A DNA stretch of 64,000 nt from a virus. Position 1 is the stretch's first letter. Each line of letters begins with the position of its first letter. Below, piece by piece: positions 57,441 through 64,000 of the stretch. The stretch is taken from positions 1 to 64,000 of IMG/VR virus record IMGVR_UViG_3300045256_000058; one strand, given 5' to 3'. Under the pieces are notes generated by a model, which saw only the letters and a program-made list of their open reading frames with translations, searched no databases and had not been told where the DNA came from. The translations under genes and the position numbers were made by a program.

Positions 57441-58331
57441 TTAAGCGTTGCGGTAGAATCTCTTGTAAATACGCAAATCACTTAATTTACGTTTAATTTG
57501 TAGGTCGATATATGGTAGATTTTGTTCATACACACCATCGGCTTCAGCAATAGGTGCAATGTGTTCCATTGGCACTTCACTAAAGTCTAGGTTATGCGGG
57601 TAAATACCCAAGAATTCATCTACTCTTGTACCTACAGGTGAGCCACTAGGTAGTGCATAAGCAGCGTTAGCAGCTAGAGTTGCTACTCTTTCACCAGCAT
57701 TGTTAGGTGCAGCGATAGAAAGAATAGTTCCAAGAGGAATAATGCAATCACCTAAGTATCCAGGTTCAGTTGTATTAACGGTTAGAGTAGCTCCACCCGC
57801 TGAACTAAAGGTACTAATTGAATAAGCATCATTAGCTCTAAACAGCAGAGTTCCTGTGCTTCCGATTTGAGTGACGGTTACACCAGCGGCAAGAAGTGCT
57901 GCTGCGTTAGCAGTTACAAATGCTGCGGCTGTGTTGTTTCCAGTCGGAGTTGCAGGTGCAGTTACACTGTAAACTGTGTTTCCAATCTTGATTGAATACA
58001 CGTCATCTTGTGTAAGTGTTCCACCAATAGTTACTTTTGCGTAACCAGCAACACCATAAAGAACATCCCCTACCTTGAATTGGTAAGAAGGATATCCTAA
58101 GCTAACTGCGGTTGAGTTTGTAGCTGTAGCAGCAGTTAGTCTTGTACGAGGAAGGAATCTAACTGCATCATCGATACCGACAATGAAGCTTCCTTCTGGT
58201 ACTAATTTTCTAGCATCGATATTAGGAAGTACATCTTCTCCTTTAAGGACAACTGAAAATGGTGTACGCACCATTGTTTGCCCAAAGAGAATTGGCTTAC
58301 CAGCACCGAATTGTTTTACTTTAATAAACAT
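57441..58331 (-). CDS. head decoration protein with inserted domain
   Basis: K.VPEG..I N-terminus and G.VYE..LP C-terminus; directly upstream of the MCP; GAGG RBS. Confidence 0.65.
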   Translation of the reverse strand: MFIKVKQFGAGKPILFGQTMVRTPFSVVLKGEDVLPNIDARKLVPEGSFIVGIDDAVRFLPRTRLTAATATNSTAVSLGYPSYQFKVGDVLYGVAGYAKVTIGGTLTQDDVYSIKIGNTVYSVTAPATPTGNNTAAAFVTANAAALLAAGVTVTQIGSTGTLLFRANDAYSISTFSSAGGATLTVNTTEPGYLGDCIIPLGTILSIAAPNNAGERVATLAANAAYALPSGSPVGTRVDEFLGIYPHNLDFSEVPMEHIAPIAEADGVYEQNLPYIDLQIKRKLSDLRIYKRFYRNA

Positions 58332-58353
58332 TTGTGTTATACCTCGTTATCTC

Positions 58354-59172
58354 TTAGTTACCAAAAATAGCATCGAGGTCGCTCTTAACTACTTCATCAA
58401 GTGAAGCTGAGAAGTTAGCTACTGCTGCTTCATCTTCAGTGATGCTATAGTCTTTGAACTCTACGAAATCAGAAGCACTTGTTAGCATTCCTAGTGCATA
58501 ACGTGTAGCAAACAACATTGTGTCAACGTCTACACCATTGTCAGTAGCAATCTTTGCAAATCTAGCAACTCTTTGATTTTCATCAGCAAAGTCACCGATA
58601 AGCATTGCTTTGTATGACGGAGGTAGCAATTGAGCGTCTACATATCTTGAAGCTAATGTATCTAGATTCTTTAGTTCGCTAGAAAGAGCATTAGTGTATT
58701 CAAAAGATGCAAGACGGCTGTTTACGTTCGAAATTTGATTCTTTAATTGGTTATTCTCATTTTGGATATATGAGAAGTATGCTGAAGGTACAGCACCGTA
58801 ACCATATGCAGCCGCAGCCATGTCTTCGGTTTCTCCCATTCCCATGTTGTCTTCATCAGCTTGACCAGCACCTAATTCGTCACTTTCAAGTTGACCAATT
58901 AAGTCTTGACGGTCTTGTGCGTCAACAGAAGTAGCCACATTAACGATTACTTCTAGGTCTTCATCATCTGCTTCTGGAAAGCTTTCAACGATTCCAGCAA
59001 GTAGATTTTCATCTTCTACGATTGTGTCGCCTTGGATAATTGCAACAACTTCTTCTTCAGATAGTCCTGTAGAGTCCATAATTGCTTGAATACCACTATC
59101 CATGTCGCCATATTGGGCTTCAATTAAGTCTAGTAGTAGTTCTCCAAAAGCATTAGTAGGATTAAGTTCCAT
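58354..59172 (-). CDS. putative capsid scaffold protein
   Basis: Highly acidic with a coiled coil; upstream of decoration/MCP; several A-x-F motifs; GGAG RBS. Confidence 0.6.
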   Translation of the reverse strand: MELNPTNAFGELLLDLIEAQYGDMDSGIQAIMDSTGLSEEEVVAIIQGDTIVEDENLLAGIVESFPEADDEDLEVIVNVATSVDAQDRQDLIGQLESDELGAGQADEDNMGMGETEDMAAAAYGYGAVPSAYFSYIQNENNQLKNQISNVNSRLASFEYTNALSSELKNLDTLASRYVDAQLLPPSYKAMLIGDFADENQRVARFAKIATDNGVDVDTMLFATRYALGMLTSASDFVEFKDYSITEDEAAVANFSASLDEVVKSDLDAIFGN

Positions 59173-59202
59173 ATTTTTTACTGTCTCCTATTCATGTATT
59201 TT

Positions 59203-59769
59203 CTAATACATTCCGGGTTGTTTGTTTTGATTCATCAATGCGTTAGCTCCCATTCCAGCACCTAATGCACCTACACCAATTGCTCCAGCCCCGGCAATAT
59301 TCTTAGCGGTATCACTTCCTAGCTTTTGACCTACGTTACCCCAGCGTTGTACTCCTCTTGTACCTTGGTTATATTGATTAATACCTTGGTTTAGATTACC
59401 CCAACGTTGTCCGAACGCTTCTTGTTGTTGAGCTAGTTGTTGCGCTCTTGATGCACTATCTCCGACTTGTCCAGCACGTTGTTGTAACTGTCCCGCCTGC
59501 TTTTGATACATCTGATTGCCGCGCTTGTTTAGAGCCATCATGCCGTCTTCACCCGCTTGTACTAGACCTCTACCTTGTTTATTGATAATTTGTCCAGCAG
59601 CAGCAGCTTGATTTCCAGCACGATTACCTAAATACTGCACACCTTTTTGTAATGGATTAAGAATTGCTTCTCCAAGTCCAGCTACAAAGAAGTTAGCTGT
59701 ATTAGGATTTTGTCCTGTGCGGTAGCTAAAATAAGCGTTAGCACTGTTATATCTATATCCTCTTTTCAT
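59203..59769 (-). CDS. Q/G-rich putative internal protein with C-terminal glycine-zipper helix
   Basis: AYFSY...TANF leader; QG low complexity; AGAGAIGVGALGAGMGA. Confidence 0.65.
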   Translation of the reverse strand: MKRGYRYNSANAYFSYRTGQNPNTANFFVAGLGEAILNPLQKGVQYLGNRAGNQAAAAGQIINKQGRGLVQAGEDGMMALNKRGNQMYQKQAGQLQQRAGQVGDSASRAQQLAQQQEAFGQRWGNLNQGINQYNQGTRGVQRWGNVGQKLGSDTAKNIAGAGAIGVGALGAGMGANALMNQNKQPGMY

Positions 59770-59796
59770 GCTTGTTTTTAAGCCTATATATAAAAG

Positions 59797-59828
59797 AAAA
59801 ATATTAGATTACAATCTCTAATATTTTT
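59797..59828. repeat. 12-bp AT-rich inverted repeat in the intergenic region
   Basis: AAAAATATTAGA-N8-TCTAATATTTTT. Confidence 0.5.
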
Positions 59829-59878
59829 ACTTTAGGGTATTTAATTGAGTTAGAAAATATAAATACGCTACTTAGTCG

Positions 59879-60421
59879 TTAAGCGCTTACAATTGGTTGA
59901 TTTTCTATATTTTGTGAAGAATCAGGTAATTCATTTAACTTACGTAATGCTAACCCTGCCCCTGCGCCTAATGCTCCAAGTCCTCCAACAGTACCCGCAG
60001 TTCCTAATAAAAATCTATTTGCAGCTTGTCTTTGCTCTACTGGTGATGAAAGTATTTGTACTCCTCGTTGTTTTAGTTGAGTACCTCTTACATATTTAGA
60101 GCTAGTAGGTACATTGGTAGTTCTTAAAGCTGCTCCTTTTACAACACTACCTAATCCAACACCCGCACCAATATCTTCTTGCACGCCTCTTAAATATTGA
60201 CCGGGAGTATTTGATACGCGAGGTAAATATCTATCCTTAAACTGCTTTAGCTGCATTGCATGATTTTCTATCACATCAGGATTATCAGGTATCATATTGC
60301 CTACCATACCCATCATTGGAGATGTAGGACTATTACCAGATGCTAAACCTAATGTATTCCAGAGTTGTTGTTTCGCTTGCCCCATAAAGGCAAAGTTAGA
60401 AAACCTAGTTGTATGTAACAT
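59879..60421 (-). CDS. putative internal protein with glycine zipper
   Basis: MLHTTRFSNF leader; GTAGTVGGLGALGAGAG. Confidence 0.6.
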   Translation of the reverse strand: MLHTTRFSNFAFMGQAKQQLWNTLGLASGNSPTSPMMGMVGNMIPDNPDVIENHAMQLKQFKDRYLPRVSNTPGQYLRGVQEDIGAGVGLGSVVKGAALRTTNVPTSSKYVRGTQLKQRGVQILSSPVEQRQAANRFLLGTAGTVGGLGALGAGAGLALRKLNELPDSSQNIENQPIVSA

Positions 60422-61283
60422 TGACTTGTGGCATTCTTGCAAGAGCATCATTTTTCATAACCTTAATTTTACTAGCAATTGCGGCTCTATTGTTATAAAC
60501 CCTACCTCCTAAATCTCCTGCAATATAACCACCAAGAGCATTAGTCCCTATCTTGTAAAGCCTATCCATCGGTGATACTTCAGGTTCGAGTATATTATCT
60601 GATTGTTCAGTTGCACCTTTTACTACACCTAATCCTAATCCTAATTTACGAGTATATGAAAGAGGGGCTTGCATCGCTCTTTCTACTGGTTGTAATGATG
60701 TAATTCGAGTAGGTATTGCAACAAAAGATGCTATCGAGTTGTGTTTTTTCATAAATTGTAACTGCCCACTATCTGCTATTGCTGTTGGTATGTGTTCTGA
60801 TAACTGAGATACGGTTCCATGTAAATCATTAATTTGCTTTTGAAGTACACCTCTTGTTACTCCAGCACCTACACCTACACCTAGTAATCTAAAAGCATTT
60901 TGTCTTTTATATTTTTTGAAATCATTCTGTAATATTCCGAGTTGTGCCGCTATACCATCATTAGGCTCACCGAATACGTACTTATTTGCATAGTTAAGTG
61001 CATCCGTATTATTAACACCTCTAACTCTATTTAGTAATACTCCACCACTTAATCCAGTTAAAGTACCTAATGTTGCTCCTCCAGCTACATTCAATGCTCC
61101 CTTTGCAATTGCTTTCGGTAAAGGCATTCCTTCATCTTGAGCATCTTGTATAGTTTTTTCTAATCCCATACCTCCGCCGATAACCGCACCAATTTGAGAA
61201 CCTCTAACTAATGGAGATACACCACTAGGAGCATTAGCTAGAGGAATAGAAGGAATAGGAGAATGTAGAGTTAGATTAGCCAT
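60405..61283 (-). CDS. glycine-zipper repeat putative internal polyprotein
   Basis: Two G-zipper hairpin modules separated by NSIASF. Confidence 0.6.
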   Translation of the reverse strand: MANLTLHSPIPSIPLANAPSGVSPLVRGSQIGAVIGGGMGLEKTIQDAQDEGMPLPKAIAKGALNVAGGATLGTLTGLSGGVLLNRVRGVNNTDALNYANKYVFGEPNDGIAAQLGILQNDFKKYKRQNAFRLLGVGVGAGVTRGVLQKQINDLHGTVSQLSEHIPTAIADSGQLQFMKKHNSIASFVAIPTRITSLQPVERAMQAPLSYTRKLGLGLGVVKGATEQSDNILEPEVSPMDRLYKIGTNALGGYIAGDLGGRVYNNRAAIASKIKVMKNDALARMPQVNVTYN

Positions 61284-62823
61284 AGATAAGTGTATTAATA
61301 GCTCTCGAAATACGAGGTGGTTTTGGTTTACCGTAGTATAGATTTTGCCAAGTCATAGGATTAGCAAGTTTGTTATAAGCTATAACACCAGCTCCGCCTA
61401 ATGCTGCTCCAGCACCAGCCCCTAATCCCGCAGCTAATGCAGCATTTCCAGCAGTATTTGTAATATTAGATGCCGTTTTTCCTAGTCGAGTTAAGTCACT
61501 ATTGTAAATTTCATATTGACGTAATCTTTGATAAGGGTCAGGAATAGCTGCAATAGTATTTAATCTCTCTTCATCGGCATCTCGTTGACTTGCTAGTGCT
61601 GATGCAGTTCCAGCTACACCCCCACCAACAGCACCAGCTAAAGCACCATACTTAAGCCCCTCTACATAAGGAGGTGCGGGCATTGGTCTTGGTACTTCAA
61701 ATCCAAAGTTAGCTGTGTCACCCATATAAGAAAAAGGAAGTATTCCACGAAGTTTAGTGGCAGCTTGACTACCTGTTCTAAGAATATTTCTAGTACCATC
61801 AACAATACTATCTACAGGTCTACTTGTTAAATTCTTTAAGTCCGCTTGTGCCCGTGCCTGTACATATGCAGCAGGATTAGCTCTAAACCCTTGCTGTAAT
61901 GCTTGTTGCTGCGCTTGTTGTTGTCTAAATGCTTGCGCTCTTTTTTGAACTTCAAGTGAACGGTCAGCTTTACGTTGTGCCCTACCAATATCTGCTACTG
62001 CTTGTTGACGTGCTAATTTTTGTTGTTCAGCTTCTTGTAATTTACCTAACTTATCATTAGTCTTTTCTAAGCTACCAAGTCTAGCATTTAAGTTTTCATC
62101 AGTACCCGGAATAAGAGTTTTAATTCCAGTAATACCACCATTAACTGTACCTGCAATAGTACCTGAGATACCTCCAAGTGTACCTCCAAGACCTTGACCA
62201 ATAATTCCACCTAAGCCAGGTAATACAGCTTCACCAGCTACGTGACCAATACCAGAACCAATTAAACTTCCAGCACCTCCACCAATAATAGCCCCAGTAC
62301 CTTTATCAATATAACCAGGAGCAGTTTCTAACACTCTCTTTGCTTTACCGATTGTGTCGTCCACATCCATCTTTCCGATAGATAGAACATCTTTTGCTTG
62401 ATTATATAGCCCAGGCTTCTTAATACCTATCGCACCTTGAGTAGCTCTTTGACGTAAAATTCGTTGTCTTAAGGGTTCATTTACTCCAGGTAAACCAGTA
62501 GCAGATGCTAACTGATTGATTTGTGAGGGATAATCTTTTCTAATAGCGTCAGTAACTAATCCTGCTCCAGTTCCAAGTAATGCACCAGCACCACTATTGG
62601 TCATTACTTTCAACAGTCTTTCGTCTACCGGAACTTCTCGATTATCATCTTGCTCTAATCCACCTTTGGCTAATCCAAGACTTCCTCCCAGTGCTGCTCC
62701 TGCAAGTGCCGGATTAAGAAACTGTGCAGTATCTTTTTTAGAGCCAAGAAAGTATCTTAGGTTTTGTTTTGTACTTTTGTTTTTATACAGGTCAAACTGT
62801 TTTGCTATAAGACTTTCTTTCAT
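61276..62823 (-). CDS. glycine-zipper repeat putative internal/ejection polyprotein
   Basis: DTAQF and FSYMGDTANF motifs each precede a G-zipper module; Q-rich coiled coil. Confidence 0.65.
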   Translation of the reverse strand: MKESLIAKQFDLYKNKSTKQNLRYFLGSKKDTAQFLNPALAGAALGGSLGLAKGGLEQDDNREVPVDERLLKVMTNSGAGALLGTGAGLVTDAIRKDYPSQINQLASATGLPGVNEPLRQRILRQRATQGAIGIKKPGLYNQAKDVLSIGKMDVDDTIGKAKRVLETAPGYIDKGTGAIIGGGAGSLIGSGIGHVAGEAVLPGLGGIIGQGLGGTLGGISGTIAGTVNGGITGIKTLIPGTDENLNARLGSLEKTNDKLGKLQEAEQQKLARQQAVADIGRAQRKADRSLEVQKRAQAFRQQQAQQQALQQGFRANPAAYVQARAQADLKNLTSRPVDSIVDGTRNILRTGSQAATKLRGILPFSYMGDTANFGFEVPRPMPAPPYVEGLKYGALAGAVGGGVAGTASALASQRDADEERLNTIAAIPDPYQRLRQYEIYNSDLTRLGKTASNITNTAGNAALAAGLGAGAGAALGGAGVIAYNKLANPMTWQNLYYGKPKPPRISRAINTLIYG

Positions 62824-62866
62824 GATTAGTTTTCTATACTTAATATAAGTATACCGTTAGATTGAA

Positions 62867-64000
62867 TTAGACATATGGATAAGGAGGATAACCAGGATAG
62901 ACACTAGGAGCGGGTATAGTAGGTGTCGGAACTGTATCTTTTTTTCTCATTGAGTTAGCTAACATATTACCTCCAAGTAATACACCTCCAGCACCAGCAA
63001 TTGCGGCTCCCGCTTTTAGTAATCCATTATCAGATGAACCAAGTGTTCTTAATTTATTAATTAAATTAGCTCTACCCGCTTGCTCTACTACTTGTTCTCC
63101 CTTTTTGGCAGTAGATGCAGCTTTAGTTCCAACATTAGGTAAATTAGCTGGTATATCAACTGTTCTACCTGTACTTGGTACTTGTGCGGGTGTACCGTCT
63201 GGCATTGTAATGTTAATAGTCAAAGACTTATCTTGAGGAGTAGCTTTACCCCCAGTTTTTATACGTCCTTGTCTAGGTTGTCTTCTACTTGTTGTAGTTG
63301 GTTCTGGAGTTGAAATACTAGAAGCACCTGTAAGTGGGTCTTGTGTAGCAGTATAGTCAATATCAAATGCTGGTTGAGTAGCATTAGGGTCTACTGTTTG
63401 TTGTGTAATTTCACCATTAGTTGATTTAATAGATTTCTCTCCTACAGGTGGTAATCTATTAGGAGCATTAATAAATTCATCTAGCTTCTGTCCAGCATTA
63501 TCACGAAGTCTAGCTAATCGTTGTCCACCAATAGAAGCTAATTGCTTTAATCTATCTGGTGTTAATTGAGATTGAAGTAATTCAGTATCTTGTTTAGCCT
63601 TATCTAATAGATTTGTCTTGCCGTAAACATCATTACCTCCTTCATTATCAAGTAGTCTAATTACTCTACGAATTTTATCTCTACGAGTACGTAAACCAGC
63701 TTGCTTACCTGTAGGAGTGTATTGAATCTCTACAGGTGTTTTTGCTTTAATACCAGTAGGTGAATTATTATCTCTAGCACTAGGAGCAATGTAACTAGGA
63801 GCTACGCTTACTTTGGGATTTACTCCTCTTTGTACAGCGACATCTCTATCGTATATTTGACCTGATGCGATACGGTCAGCTTCTCTTTTATTTCTATCGG
63901 TAACAACTTCTTTAATACTATCTCCAAGACTTCCTTCTGGTAATGCTTCTTTAGTAGTTGGATTCTTACCAGCTAGTACATCAGTAGCAGGTCTAGCATT
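62867..64000 (-). CDS. partial large protein with C-terminal Gly-rich helix (5' end outside the window)
   Basis: Frame reads NARPATDVLAGK... from 64000 and appears open to the stop at 62867; the track shows only the last 118 aa. Confidence 0.7.
   Translation of the reverse strand, partial: NARPATDVLAGKNPTTKEALPEGSLGDSIKEVVTDRNKREADRIASGQIYDRDVAVQRGVNPKVSVAPSYIAPSARDNNSPTGIKAKTPVEIQYTPTGKQAGLRTRRDKIRRVIRLLDNEGGNDVYGKTNLLDKAKQDTELLQSQLTPDRLKQLASIGGQRLARLRDNAGQKLDEFINAPNRLPPVGEKSIKSTNGEITQQTVDPNATQPAFDIDYTATQDPLTGASSISTPEPTTTSRRQPRQGRIKTGGKATPQDKSLTINITMPDGTPAQVPSTGRTVDIPANLPNVGTKAASTAKKGEQVVEQAGRANLINKLRTLGSSDNGLLKAGAAIAGAGGVLLGGNMLANSMRKKDTVPTPTIPAPSVYPGYPPYPYV

Noticed and set aside
60405-60451. 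Possible frameshift fusing the 61283 and 60451 ORFs
   Set aside because: No clear slippery heptamer; the downstream ORF has its own ATG (60421) and leader motif.
1-64000. CRISPR array, integrase, introns/inteins, alternative genetic code
   Set aside because: No repeat-spacer arrays or recombinase seen. polA, nrdA and the helicase are uninterrupted and of normal length. Genes read fully in code 11, with all three stop codons used.

Overview
This window is a segment of an AT-rich tailed dsDNA phage genome, most likely a siphovirus-type cyanophage of filamentous (probably heterocyst-forming) cyanobacteria. Bases 1-15.5 kb (+ strand) hold a replication and nucleotide module: SLOG/YspA protein, PD-(D/E)xK exonuclease, primase, SF4 helicase, RNA ligase, PolA, cyanophage-type class I RNR alpha and beta, and ThyX. 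These are followed by a C39-type peptidase, a putative holin and five tRNAs. Bases 15.5-64 kb (mostly - strand) hold morphogenesis genes: FN3/LamG tail proteins, RuvC, portal, tape measure, -1 frameshifted tail chaperones, major capsid, decoration protein, scaffold and glycine-zipper candidate internal proteins. No terminase or prohead protease was recognised. Two observations stand out. (1) A 14-codon ORF right after nrdB, missed by the ORF track, encodes MNFYDDGEPRGSGR. It ends in the RGSGR HetR-inhibitory motif of the cyanobacterial heterocyst morphogen PatS, making it a candidate phage mimic of a host developmental signal. (2) A shared [FY]SY(M)..A-x-F signal occurs in about 13 scattered proteins and repeatedly in the scaffold. 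This suggests a capsid-targeting/maturation-cleavage system that loads and processes cargo polyproteins. All family assignments are from motif recognition by eye; no searches were run.
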